NCBI GenBank assembly: GCA_963662625.1
Contig: OY759726.1
Span: 1,664,001 to 1,728,000, forward strand
Length of the DNA stretch: 64,000 nucleotides
From: Nitrosopumilus sp.
GTDB lineage: Archaea; Thermoproteota; Nitrososphaeria; Nitrososphaerales; Nitrosopumilaceae
Reading direction: 5' to 3'
Below, piece after piece: positions 10,239 through 19,976 of the stretch. A model generated the notes under the pieces. The model ran no database searches and had not been told where the DNA came from. It was given only the letters and a program-made list of their open reading frames with translations. Each line of letters opens with the position of its first letter. Positions within the stretch are counted from its first letter, which is position 1. The position numbers and the translations under genes were made by a program.

Positions 10239-11283
10239 TGTGTAGTATATGAAAAGTCGGTCCGCTAGTCATCCGCCTCCGCCTCCATCCATCCCGGGTT
10301 GCTCTCCCTGATCGCTGCCACGGCCTCCTTGTCATGGAAGGCCTTCAGCGGGGCCTGGTAGTTGTCGATGTCCGGGGAGAAGTGCAGCCTGTCCTCGTTG
10401 TAGTACGCCATGTACTCGGACATGCTCTCGTAGTGCCATGTCTCGTCCTCCACGCTCCGGAAGAACCTCTCGATCTTCCCGTTGGTCTGGGGGTGGTGCG
10501 GCCTGGAGTTTATGAGCTCGATCCCGAGGCCCGGCAGCTCCGCCTCGAACGCGGTGGGCTTCCACGGCCGGGGAGGGGCCTTCCTGCGGCCGTTCCGGCC
10601 CACGAGGCACGAGCCGTTGTCGGAGAGCACGGTGGCCGGCGTGCCGAACCGCCCGATCGCGTCCCTGAGCGCCAGCACGGCGTTCTCCGACGTGGCCTGC
10701 GTGAACACGCGCGCGGCCACCGCGCACCGCGAGGCGTCGTCCAGGTACGCGACCAGCTGGAGGCCCCTGAACCGGGGGTCCTTCATCTCGTGCCAGTCGA
10801 CGTGCCACATGGCGTTCGAGTATTTGCGCTCGTAGCGCACCCACTTGCGCCTCCTCGATTTTGCGGCAGACGCGGCCACCGCCCCGGCCTTCTTCAATAT
10901 CCGGTATACGGAGCAGTAGCTTATATCATGGTCCCTCCTGAGGCGCCTCGCGGTGCGCACCACGCCTGCAGGGCGCCTCCCGTGGGCGCCGGTGACCAGC
11001 CGTATCATGGCGGCGGTCATGCAGGCGCGCGGCCTGCCCATCCTCGCCGCCGCCGCTCCGGTCCCCGGGAACCTCGCCCGCGGCCCCCGCACGTGCCTGG
11101 CGGCGATTCCCAGATCCCGCGCCACTTGGGATGACGGCACGTTCCTCTCTCGCTGCCTGACCAGGTACTTCCGGGACCCCCCAGCAAGTCTTTCTGTCAT
11201 GGCCTTCCGTGATCGGTACAGCCTAAAATAGTCGGCTACCGTCCTCTTGATCCGGTGCGGACCGACTTTCCGTACAATTGACA
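10239..11283 (-). mobile_element. IS481-family element
   Basis: TGT...ACA ends; 27-bp imperfect TIRs sharing AAAGTCGGTCCGC (10239-10265 and 11257-11283); flanking GTATTC(G/A)GGTA near-duplication. Confidence 0.85.
10265..11200 (-). CDS. IS481-family (rve integrase core) transposase
   Basis: WVRYER..SNAMWHVDW, YLDDASR, LSDNGS, PQTNGKIERF motifs. Confidence 0.88.
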   Translation of the reverse strand: MTERLAGGSRKYLVRQRERNVPSSQVARDLGIAARHVRGPRARFPGTGAAAARMGRPRACMTAAMIRLVTGAHGRRPAGVVRTARRLRRDHDISYCSVYRILKKAGAVAASAAKSRRRKWVRYERKYSNAMWHVDWHEMKDPRFRGLQLVAYLDDASRCAVAARVFTQATSENAVLALRDAIGRFGTPATVLSDNGSCLVGRNGRRKAPPRPWKPTAFEAELPGLGIELINSRPHHPQTNGKIERFFRSVEDETWHYESMSEYMAYYNEDRLHFSPDIDNYQAPLKAFHDKEAVAAIRESNPGWMEAEADD

Positions 11284-11359
11284 GTATTCAGGTATGGGGT
11301 CACGTATGCTGACCTTTTAATCAACACGGCGCGATCATGCTGATCCGTATGGCAGGAGG

Positions 11360-11800
11360 TGTCAGTACGTGCGTGGCAAGGCGCAGAACGACCAAGCAGC
11401 TGGAGGGCCTGCTGGCATGAGCGCTCTACTATATCTACTCAAGTCAAAATACAAGGAGGCGGTGGCAGAAGCCAGGAGGCTCCAGGCCCGCCTCGCGCAC
11501 CACGGGAACGCCCACTCCCCGCCGCCGCCCAAGTCGCTGGAATGGAAGGAAGCCCTGCGGGCGAGGAGGAAGGCCCGGAAGGTGGCGCCGGAAGGGGGCG
11601 GCGGCAGGGCCCCCGCCGGGAGGCCCGGCGGGCAGCCGGGGCACCGCGGAGCGTCCTGTGGGCACACGCCGGGGTGCACGGCGTGCCACGGGTTCGAGGG
11701 GGACACCCTGCGCCGGGTTTTGCGTGGCAAGGCACGCCGGAGGGAAGCCTCTGATCCCCACGCACATTTGATCGCCGCCATGCGGCTGGATCGCCTTGCG
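11360..11800 (+). pseudogene. Internally deleted IS66-like transposase remnant
   Basis: RLAHHGNAHSPPP..S and GRPGGQPGHRG are N-terminal IS66 TnpC-like motifs, joined to the C-terminal block also seen at 255-660. Confidence 0.55.
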
Positions 11801-11847
11801 GCAGTATGGAAAAAATTAATACCACATAGAAGTATTATTTACCGTAC

Positions 11848-12453
11848 ATGAAACTACACAGCTATCTGGAGCAATTGCTTGGTCACAGGACTTCGATCAG
11901 CGTGCTTCGCACCCTGGTAAGGCACAGGGGCAAGATCTTCACCATAAGGAGGCTGGCGAGCGATGCCGGGGTTTCGCATCCCAGCGCGTCTGAAACCGTT
12001 GGAGAACTGGACAAGCTCGGGGTCGTGCAGATCCAGCCGATAGGCAGGTCCCACCAGGTCTCATTAAATGAAAAAAGCCACGTCCTGAAAAAAATCATAG
12101 TGCCGATGTTTGCTGCCGAAGAGCGGACGTTTGGAGAAATGATCCTGGTTCTCAAAAAGCACCTGGGCATAGAAAAAAACATCTCGGCCGCAGTTTTTGG
12201 TAGCGTCTCAAAAGGCCAAGAAAAGGAAGGCAGCGACATTGACGTCCTTGTCATATCGAATGATTTTGACGGTGCCATATCGGCGGCGTCAGACGCGGGG
12301 GAGGATGTCTTTGCAAAATTCCACGGTAAAGTCTCCCCCATCGTATTCTCAGAGTCAGAATTCATGTCGAAAAAGGGAAGCGACCTTGTGCGCTCCATTC
12401 TGGGCAGCCACATCATGATACACGGAAGAAGCTTGGAGGATCTCTTGAAATGA
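11848..12453 (+). CDS. HTH-fused minimal nucleotidyltransferase (MNT) antitoxin
   Basis: N-terminal wHTH (TIRRLASDAGVSHPSASETV); VFGSVSKG...SDIDVLVI nucleotidyltransferase signature. Confidence 0.85.
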   Translation: MKLHSYLEQLLGHRTSISVLRTLVRHRGKIFTIRRLASDAGVSHPSASETVGELDKLGVVQIQPIGRSHQVSLNEKSHVLKKIIVPMFAAEERTFGEMILVLKKHLGIEKNISAAVFGSVSKGQEKEGSDIDVLVISNDFDGAISAASDAGEDVFAKFHGKVSPIVFSESEFMSKKGSDLVRSILGSHIMIHGRSLEDLLK

Positions 12454-12836
12454 GGGGTGTTGATCCCAGCGAGGCGGCAAACTACATCACAAAATCCGAG
12501 GAATTCCTGGAAATGGCCAAACTTGCAGTACAAAATGCAAAGTACAACAGTGCAGCCACCAATGCCGTACACAGTGCCATCAGTGCACTGGAAGCATTGA
12601 CCACGTCGTACAGGGGAAGGCGTGGCTCCGACTATCACGCCGAGGTGCTGTCGCTTGTACGCGGAATCTTCCCCCCTCAGGAATACGGGGAAATCAAGAG
12701 ACAGCTTACCTCAATAATAAACAAAAAGAATGCTGCGGGATACCAGCCGGATCTCATGGGACTCAAGGATGCCCAAGACTCTGTAATGTGGGCAGAAAGA
12801 ATTGTTGGCAAAGCCAAAAAGAAACTGGAGCCGTAA
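12450..12836 (+). CDS. HEPN domain protein (MNT-HEPN pair)
   Basis: 128 aa all-helical protein with the KSEEFL.MA......Y.SA...A..SA..AL pattern and H..V; 4-nt overlap with MNT. Confidence 0.8.
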   Translation: MRGVDPSEAANYITKSEEFLEMAKLAVQNAKYNSAATNAVHSAISALEALTTSYRGRRGSDYHAEVLSLVRGIFPPQEYGEIKRQLTSIINKKNAAGYQPDLMGLKDAQDSVMWAERIVGKAKKKLEP

Positions 12837-12934
12837 AAGCCGCGGTTCAACTTAGCGTGTTGGACCCGCCAAGTGACGGCTGAGATGATCCGCAGGCGCC
12901 GTGGGTGGGGGCGGCCTTGTACACTGGACAGGTA

Positions 12935-15040
12935 TCAGCTCCCATCTTGCCCCATCATGTAGTCGATCATCTTTTTCCTGTCATGGACGGGTATGGGAAA
13001 AATCAATGCGGCCAGCAGGTTTTCCTTCACGTTATCTGGCATCACCGTTGTCGGGTTTTCCTCGTTGTTGGATTGGGGCGGCATCCCGTGGGCACGCAAT
13101 ATGGCCGTTGCCCTGGAAAAGGCCTCCCCCGTGCGACCCGCATGAAGTAATGACAATACTGTCGTATCGTATGGTATGCACTCTTCCTTCCTCGGGGGGT
13201 AAATGAGCTTGATGACCCTGTACGCCTCGGGCAGTTGAACGACATGTTCCTCGTCTGCCCTGTAATCCCCCCACGGGCGCCTCATGCCGCGGTCAATTCG
13301 TACCATGGACAGCGGGAGGACCAGGTCGGATATCTTCTGCATGTCAAGGTTCCCATAAAGGAACTCCATCACGTCTGGGATCCTTGCGTCTATGATGCCT
13401 TCTATTTGGAGGGATCCTGCTGATCTTACATGTCCGTCCACGCTCCTTCTTTGGATTACTTTTGCAACGTTCCTCAAAAGGCCAGCATCCTCGTTCCAGA
13501 CAAACCCAGTAGAGTCCTGTGCGTGCTTGTGCTGCCCTCTTTCCAGAGTTACCGATTCCAGGTTGCACCTTATGTCGCCTATCTTTTCGGATCTTATGGA
13601 CGCCATGGCCGCCGCCAACCTGAACTCGGCGGATCCGTCATAAGCGCCCTCTAGCCAATCCCGGCTCAGGTACGGCAACGCCTGGTAGTCCTTCCTTGTT
13701 GACACATACCTCTCGAGCCTCCCTATGTGTACAAGCACGCCTGCCAGTCTTTGATCCTTGCTGGAACAAAACTCCATGATGGCCCCGTCCAGCTTTTGCT
13801 TCAACTGCAGGAGGGACTCTGGCGGGGTCTTCATTTTTTTGATCTTACGGTCTATTCTGTCGTACCACCCGTCGATGTCTTCTAACAGGTTCGCAGTCGG
13901 CTTGTCTTCTACGCGTATTTTATTCGCACTGACTGTCAAGTATGCCTTTCCCTTTCTCTTCAGGATGCAAAACCTCTGGAACGCTGATACCCCCCTCTGC
14001 GAGCCGAACGTCATTATGGCCCGGGCAAACTCCGTTCCGGACCTTGCCTGCCTTTTGCCCATCTGTATCCTCCCCTCGTTGAACATGTGCCTTATCTCGG
14101 GGTATGGCGCAAAATTCTCCCACACTGGCACCCAAACCTCTCCCTTGGATTCTGGAGGCTTCCCTTCTCCCGTGTCTGCCATAGATGGTGTGTCATATCC
14201 TATGTTGGACGTGCCCGCCGTAAACGGGAACATGGCCTTGTTCGTGCTTGACGACAGCTGCCTGGATGTGTTGCCTGCAAAGAGCAGCATGCCTTCCATC
14301 ATGAGGATGTTGTCCCACGGGTTGGACATGGATTTTGTGTTGCCCTTGCCAGTGTGGTCAAAGTTGGGGCCTCCGCCTCCCTCCGTGTTGTGCCCCGGGT
14401 TGGTGTTCTTGCGGAGCTCTGTCGGGCTACCAAACAGCGATGCTTCTAATAGCCTTCTTGATGATTCATGGTCCCCTTCCAGCGCGTCCACGATGGACTT
14501 GGCAAAGTTTTCTGCCATGTCGTAATGCCCGTCGTTTCCACCTGTGCCTAGTATTGGTGAAAAGTCATACTTTTCACCTATGACACATACCGCATCCAGC
14601 CACGGTATGAACTCATCCGGCATGTAGTTCCTGCACATTTTCAGGAGGGCGCCCTTATTTTCATCGACGATTTTCTTTTCCACTTTCTCCACCCCCAGTG
14701 ACATCTTAAACTTTGAAAGCACCATGTCCATCCCCGTCAATGCGCTGCCGTACATGGCATACCTTGATCTGTCTTTTGATGTTAACTCTTTGAGCAATTT
14801 GACGGTTTTTTTATGCGTGTTGTAGCTCCACGGGTTCATTATGGGGGAGGGATCGTACCTTTCTAGCATGTATTGGAGCAGGCCCTCCCTGTCAAGCCCG
14901 GTCTTTATGACGAAACCGTCGTTCTTCCAGCATGCTGTGGTCTTGGGGTCTTCCCTGTGCAGCACCCCAAAAACGCCAATCGCCTTGACGTAGTTGGATA
15001 TCGGCGTTACCCTGCACCCGTCAAGGGAATGTCTGTGCAA
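12935..15040 (-). CDS. csx17: Type I-G large subunit Csx17 (Cas8g1-type)
   Basis: LDGC...P...Y.KA.G, NPW, LGTGGNDG, NPWD.ILMMEG.LLFAG, GE.W.P.W, RGV..F.RF motifs; TTG start abutting the cas3 stop. Confidence 0.9.
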   Translation of the reverse strand: MHRHSLDGCRVTPISNYVKAIGVFGVLHREDPKTTACWKNDGFVIKTGLDREGLLQYMLERYDPSPIMNPWSYNTHKKTVKLLKELTSKDRSRYAMYGSALTGMDMVLSKFKMSLGVEKVEKKIVDENKGALLKMCRNYMPDEFIPWLDAVCVIGEKYDFSPILGTGGNDGHYDMAENFAKSIVDALEGDHESSRRLLEASLFGSPTELRKNTNPGHNTEGGGGPNFDHTGKGNTKSMSNPWDNILMMEGMLLFAGNTSRQLSSSTNKAMFPFTAGTSNIGYDTPSMADTGEGKPPESKGEVWVPVWENFAPYPEIRHMFNEGRIQMGKRQARSGTEFARAIMTFGSQRGVSAFQRFCILKRKGKAYLTVSANKIRVEDKPTANLLEDIDGWYDRIDRKIKKMKTPPESLLQLKQKLDGAIMEFCSSKDQRLAGVLVHIGRLERYVSTRKDYQALPYLSRDWLEGAYDGSAEFRLAAAMASIRSEKIGDIRCNLESVTLERGQHKHAQDSTGFVWNEDAGLLRNVAKVIQRRSVDGHVRSAGSLQIEGIIDARIPDVMEFLYGNLDMQKISDLVLPLSMVRIDRGMRRPWGDYRADEEHVVQLPEAYRVIKLIYPPRKEECIPYDTTVLSLLHAGRTGEAFSRATAILRAHGMPPQSNNEENPTTVMPDNVKENLLAALIFPIPVHDRKKMIDYMMGQDGS

Positions 15041-17359
15041 TCAGTATTTCCCCTCCGCTTCCTTCTGGCTGGCAAGCCAGTCGGCGCGCCGCAGCAATGC
15101 CTCCAGGTATCCCAACCTGAATGGCCCGTACCGCTCCAACAACGCCAAGACCCTTTGCGTCCACGAGGCGCCCGATTCTGTTCCCCCAATACTGGCAAGC
15201 GACATGTCCATCTTGCATCCTTTGATTGACACGGTTTTGCCCTTGAACCCCTGTAGTGTATCGCCCTTTACGTCCATCCCGAGCAGGTATCGGCCTTGCT
15301 GGCGTTCCTTCTTGGACACGCTCCGCAGGGCCATCCTGACCTTGCCGTGGTGGGACATTATGAGGTATGCTATAAGGTCCCGCAACTCGTCGTCCCTGTC
15401 CTGCTTGAGGTATGCCAGTGTGCTGGCCACCTCGTGCCTGAAGCCCGGCCTCTCGTGGCGTGGGTTTTTGCCGGTACTCTTCGGCTTTGCCCACAATTTG
15501 CCTGATGTGCTCGCGTCCGTCATGCTCTTTTGCATGGTGCTCTGGAACACATGGTGCGCCTTTCCGACATCATGGTATCTGGCGGCAGTGAGCAGGGCTT
15601 CCTTGAGACCGTTGTCCAAAAACCTATCTTGCGACAAGAACCGTTCCAACTCGTGCAACACATGCGCCGTGTGGTCGTCCAACTCCACGGGGACAGACGA
15701 TGTGCTCTTATCGCCATCGTGCGAGTCTGGCACCTGGCGCGACGCAGTCACGGGGGCCACGCTTTCCTCCCCGCCGTCCCAGCCCAGCGCCTCTGAATAC
15801 CCCCCGAACTTGCTTTCCAACATGATCGTCTGGCCAGGTAGCACGTCCTTTGCGCGTATTTTATCCCATTTGCGGTCTGCATGGTTCCATATGTACCCGT
15901 GCTTTCTCCCTAGGAACTCCCTGAAACGTCCTATGTGGACGTTGCAGATCTCAGCCGCGTCGGGCTTGTGTTCGTCCTTTACGTCATCCACATGTCTCCA
16001 AAACACGGAGACGTCTAGCTGCTGCTTGGAGGTGCGGACAAACCTAGACACGTCGATGTGGCTGCCTGACAAGTCAGGGGTGGTGTCAAACATGCTCAAA
16101 AGGTCCTTTCGCCGCAGCACGGCATCAAATATTCTTTCACCATCGACTTGTCCCACGTCTGCAGGCGACACTGACTTTTTTTCAAGCTTCTTGAGCTTTG
16201 AGCGCGATAGATCAATGTCGTCGGACTCGTAAGGGCCGTATGATTTGTCGTCCAAGTCCACCCAGTATATCCTTGAGTCCGTATCATCGCCTGTCCTGTT
16301 GCACCTGCCGAACCTTTGTATCATGCTCGGCCACGGGGCGATCTCGGTCACCAGCGTCTTGAACGAAACATCCACCCCGGCTTCTAGCACTTGCGTAGCG
16401 ACCACGATCTGCCCTCCCTTCACGTTGAACTTGCCTAGCCATTCGTTCAACTGCTCCCTCTCCCTTGCCCTGAACCTGGAATGGATTAGCTTGCAACCGT
16501 CCCTCTCTTTTGAGAGGATGCTATACACGTCTTGGGCCCTTTTTACGGTGTTGACGATTATCGCCGTGGGGCCTTCCTTGACTCCTGGGAGGCTTAGCAG
16601 GTTCTGGATGTCGCTTTCCGAGTAGGTGTTCTTCACGGCAGTCTTGGATCTGTGGAGCGTCTTTGCGGCCCTGTTGCGCCGCCTAAGTGGCTCGTCTGCA
16701 TCTTCGTCGCCCAGCCTGTACATCGGCTTGTCCTCACTGCTGTCTACTGTCTTGAGCCACCCTTGGTCGACCGTGGCTGACATCCATACGGATTTGCGTG
16801 GACCGAAAGTCTTGAAGCGGTTTCTGAAATAGTCCAGCTGTATTGACGTGGGGAGGGCGTTTTCCATTATTTGGACCTCGTCCATGACCCACATCGAGTC
16901 GTTGTTGAGCATGCCAAACACGATTGGCCATGTGTATGGGCTGTTACCGTATGCGCGGTTCAGCGCACCGGACACGAGCATGTCCTGCGTTCCTATTATG
17001 ACGTATTCCTTGTTTGGAAGCATCTCCTCTATCCTGTCCTCGCTCCCGCCCATCAGCAGTTCCACGCCGATCCTGCCTTCGAGGCCCAGGTTCTGGAGCC
17101 ATTCGTTGACCCGCTTTTGCGTCTGCTCTGACAGTGTCCTTCTGGGGAGGCAGTAGACGAGCTTTCTTGGAACGTCGTGCCCGCTTACGCGCCTCCACAA
17201 CCACAGGCCGAGTATGGCAGCTTCTGTCTTGCCTGCTCCGGTGGGGACGTTGATTACGGAGGGCATGTCTGACTTGGACAGTATTTTCTGGTACCTGTAT
17301 GGTTTCTCGCCAGTAGCCTTCTTGAAAAACGCGTCAAAGTCTTTGTATGCCCGGCTCAT
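15041..17359 (-). CDS. cas3: Type I-G Cas3 (772 aa, C-terminal HD)
   Basis: VPTGAGKT, GTQDMLVSGALNRAY, DEVQ, MSAT, QRFGRCNR, C-terminal LDDHT...YHDVGK...RHE...SHHG. The true start MSRAYK at 17359 overlaps the csb2 stop. Confidence 0.95.
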   Translation of the reverse strand: MSRAYKDFDAFFKKATGEKPYRYQKILSKSDMPSVINVPTGAGKTEAAILGLWLWRRVSGHDVPRKLVYCLPRRTLSEQTQKRVNEWLQNLGLEGRIGVELLMGGSEDRIEEMLPNKEYVIIGTQDMLVSGALNRAYGNSPYTWPIVFGMLNNDSMWVMDEVQIMENALPTSIQLDYFRNRFKTFGPRKSVWMSATVDQGWLKTVDSSEDKPMYRLGDEDADEPLRRRNRAAKTLHRSKTAVKNTYSESDIQNLLSLPGVKEGPTAIIVNTVKRAQDVYSILSKERDGCKLIHSRFRAREREQLNEWLGKFNVKGGQIVVATQVLEAGVDVSFKTLVTEIAPWPSMIQRFGRCNRTGDDTDSRIYWVDLDDKSYGPYESDDIDLSRSKLKKLEKKSVSPADVGQVDGERIFDAVLRRKDLLSMFDTTPDLSGSHIDVSRFVRTSKQQLDVSVFWRHVDDVKDEHKPDAAEICNVHIGRFREFLGRKHGYIWNHADRKWDKIRAKDVLPGQTIMLESKFGGYSEALGWDGGEESVAPVTASRQVPDSHDGDKSTSSVPVELDDHTAHVLHELERFLSQDRFLDNGLKEALLTAARYHDVGKAHHVFQSTMQKSMTDASTSGKLWAKPKSTGKNPRHERPGFRHEVASTLAYLKQDRDDELRDLIAYLIMSHHGKVRMALRSVSKKERQQGRYLLGMDVKGDTLQGFKGKTVSIKGCKMDMSLASIGGTESGASWTQRVLALLERYGPFRLGYLEALLRRADWLASQKEAEGKY

Positions 17360-18828
17360 TCCTCGCCCTCCGGCACAAACATGCCGAGCCCGTAGTGTGC
17401 GGCATAGCCCAGGGTTATGGGTCCCCTCACGGCGCTTTTGAACTTTAGCCTCAGGTTGTAGGCAGTGCCGTCGCCCATGCTGCCGTGCCGCCTCCACCTG
17501 AAAAAATCTATTGTCTTCAGGCCCGTGCCCCGTATGTCTGTTTGGAGTTGTTCTATAGCCTCCAGCTCGTATTCCGGCCCGTACCTGTTTTGCACCTCGC
17601 GGCGGATCTGTTCTTCGAGCCCGTCCACTACACGCGCCGTGTTTTTGCGGTACTTGGTGTGCCTTGAGAGGACCAACGGTGTGGACGATACCCATGTCAT
17701 GCTCTTTCCCAGTATCGGTATGTCTGCAAAATTCTCCACGGTCCCGCACCCCTGGAAGGACAGGTTGGCGGTGAACGAGTTGTACCTGTAGATCCTTCTA
17801 AGCGAGAACATCGAGTCAAGCTCGTCCTTGTCGAACTTTCCAAACGCTATGATGGTCAGGTGATCCAAGTTGCGCTGTTGGGTTTCGTAGGTGGGCAGGT
17901 AGAACGCATGCATGTGGTTTGTCAGCGGTTTGCCCTTCCCGTCTTTTCCTGAAAATGTGGTAGATACATCGCCATTTTTGCGTTTCCCGTACCTTGACAT
18001 GCAGGCACTGCGGGCGGTGTCTCCCACCCGTAGCGCGTCCGCAATCCTTGGTTTTACCCTTCCTGCTATGGCGTACCTGACCACCGTAATGTCGGTAAGG
18101 GTGGAGCTTTTGGCCCCGACGGCCGTCTTCTGCATAAAGCAGTTTTTGGGCCTCCAGTATTTCACCCACGTCCCGCATGGCGGGTCTATGTATTTTTTGT
18201 CGTGCAGTACACTTGTGGATACAGTTAGGGAATTGGTGCTTTTGTCGAATCCCGGACCGTGCATGTCCACAAACTGTATGTCTTTGTTTGCCGTCAGCAC
18301 ACGCACGATATCGTTCTCGGCAGTGCCTGCGTCGCCTATGGGTTCGCAGTTATGCTCACAAGCGTCGTTTGATACGGTGGCATCGCACCACGATTCTGCC
18401 CTGCCAAAGTAATGGAGGTTTTTCAGTATCTTGCCAAGCAGTAGTATCTCGTCAGCGCCCAGTGTCGTGCCGTCCCAGATCACCTCCACCGGCCTGTCCC
18501 CCGTCACGACGAACGTGTCTATTATGAGGCTTACGTCACCGTTGGCTTTGGTATAGCCGCTCGACTTCATATAATGCCTGGTGTGGGACACACTGGCATC
18601 TGGAAGGTTGTACTTTGGTGGCTTGTCTGCCAGCTTTTGGATGATGGGCCAGACCTCGTCGTGCCTCAAGTCCGGGAGTGTGTTTTTCCAGGACGCTATT
18701 ATGGCACGCAATAGTCGCCATGACGAGGGCGGCCATTCTGGAATGCCCTCGTTGACATGTTTTCCCCAAGGCGTTGCATGATACGCGCCATTTAGAAACC
18801 GTATCGAGATGGCAACCAGTACGACCAC
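17356..18828 (-). CDS. csb2: Csb2 (Cas5-Cas6 fusion)
   Basis: YHATPWG.HVNEG.PEWPPSSWRLLRA, YFGRAESW, C-terminal GPITLGYAAHYGLGMF. Confidence 0.93.
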   Translation of the reverse strand: MVVLVAISIRFLNGAYHATPWGKHVNEGIPEWPPSSWRLLRAIIASWKNTLPDLRHDEVWPIIQKLADKPPKYNLPDASVSHTRHYMKSSGYTKANGDVSLIIDTFVVTGDRPVEVIWDGTTLGADEILLLGKILKNLHYFGRAESWCDATVSNDACEHNCEPIGDAGTAENDIVRVLTANKDIQFVDMHGPGFDKSTNSLTVSTSVLHDKKYIDPPCGTWVKYWRPKNCFMQKTAVGAKSSTLTDITVVRYAIAGRVKPRIADALRVGDTARSACMSRYGKRKNGDVSTTFSGKDGKGKPLTNHMHAFYLPTYETQQRNLDHLTIIAFGKFDKDELDSMFSLRRIYRYNSFTANLSFQGCGTVENFADIPILGKSMTWVSSTPLVLSRHTKYRKNTARVVDGLEEQIRREVQNRYGPEYELEAIEQLQTDIRGTGLKTIDFFRWRRHGSMGDGTAYNLRLKFKSAVRGPITLGYAAHYGLGMFVPEGEE

Positions 18829-19803
18829 CTATTTGCTGGCTTTTGTATTCTTAGGTTTTTGATACTTCACCTTTATTGGATCCCCGAACAACCCGTTGCT
18901 TTTACATTTTTTTATGCACACCTGGACTTGGCCTGTCAGCGTCTCCGAATCCGGTATTTTTATAGGGCCTGAGACTCGGTACTTTCCCTTCGTCTTCAAG
19001 TCACACGCAGTACGTAACCTCAAACCGCCGCTCAAAAAGGACTGGATCTTCCACAATGCCAGTGTAAACAAAAGGTCGTTTGCGGCATCCCCCAGGTTAT
19101 ATGACTTGATTAGGGCCACATCTATGCTGAAAAATGCAGTGATTGTGCTTGCCGTATACTCTGTCTTGTTGTATGGGATGTGGCCAAACCCCGACTTTGC
19201 TCCTTCCTCGCCTCCGCTTGGATCCAGGTGGTCTATTTTGACTCCGCCGCTTACCGCGCGTTTTACGCCCCTGGCCTCGATGAATGCTGACAAGGAACGT
19301 GTCATTTTGTAACGCCCGCCCGCTATGTCTTTCTTGCTCAGGAATACCCCGTGGATTATGGAGTTTGGATCGTAACGCAGTGCGAAGCTCGCAAACTTTT
19401 CAATGTCTACGCTGTGTTCCTTGTCGTCTGTAATGTTCAGTTCTTCCTTTATCATGTCGAAGAATGTTTTGTCCGTGCCCTCCAATATGTATGAGGAGTT
19501 CATGCGGTGCGCCTCGAGCAACGAATTTGTCAAGAATTCGCCCTTCTTATCAACCACTGTAATTACCGGCAGTCCGACAAGCGGTTTTGCCAGGCTTGAT
19601 GACTTGCTGTCCCAACAAACTGCCTCAAGCCCGTTCGCCATGGATTGGGACGATTCTACTAAAAGGCAGTCTACAGGGCTGTCCGACCCCGAAGTAAATT
19701 CGGCCGCACCGAGGTTTGGAAATCCGGTGGGTTGGAAACGTGAGCCCTGTACTGGCTCCAAGTCTACTTCAATTAGTAACCTGTCCTGATCAATTATTTT
19801 CAT
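18829..19803 (-). CDS. cas7: Csb1/Cas7, type I-G
   Basis: RFQPTGFP.LGAA, LLVES.QSMAN.LE, LEAHRMNS, DPNS..HGVF, SGGVK.D, LRLRTACDL. Confidence 0.93.
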   Translation of the reverse strand: MKIIDQDRLLIEVDLEPVQGSRFQPTGFPNLGAAEFTSGSDSPVDCLLVESSQSMANGLEAVCWDSKSSSLAKPLVGLPVITVVDKKGEFLTNSLLEAHRMNSSYILEGTDKTFFDMIKEELNITDDKEHSVDIEKFASFALRYDPNSIIHGVFLSKKDIAGGRYKMTRSLSAFIEARGVKRAVSGGVKIDHLDPSGGEEGAKSGFGHIPYNKTEYTASTITAFFSIDVALIKSYNLGDAANDLLFTLALWKIQSFLSGGLRLRTACDLKTKGKYRVSGPIKIPDSETLTGQVQVCIKKCKSNGLFGDPIKVKYQKPKNTKASK

Positions 19804-19872
19804 ACATCGAGTTCTTTTATAGGTATTTAAAAGATCTAGACTCGTTCAGTCTGTTCTGCTGTAATCATGTGT

Positions 19873-19927
19873 GTATAGCAACGATCAAAAGTCCTTGGTA
19901 CTCAAGGACTTTTGATCGTTGCTATAC
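19873..19927. repeat. Perfect 25-bp inverted repeat (hairpin) at the trailer end of the CRISPR array
   Basis: GTATAGCAACGATCAAAAGTCCTTG (19873-19897), loop GTACT, exact revcomp (19903-19927); runs into the half-repeat TACGTTACGGAAA (19925-19937). Confidence 0.95.
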
Positions 19928-19976
19928 GTTACGGAAAGGTACCATATCTACACCCTCGAATCAAGAGTCTCGAGCG

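Noticed and set aside
17360-17749. 130-aa N-terminal extension of Cas3 in the ORF track
   Set aside because: It overlaps csb2 in another frame; the ATGA-coupled start at 17359 is more plausible.
19939-19976. Terminal spacer as an autoregulatory guide against the cas7 promoter (TCGAGACTCTT vs TCTAGACTCGT)
   Set aside because: The match is short, has seed mismatches and no TTN PAM; it is compatible with chance.
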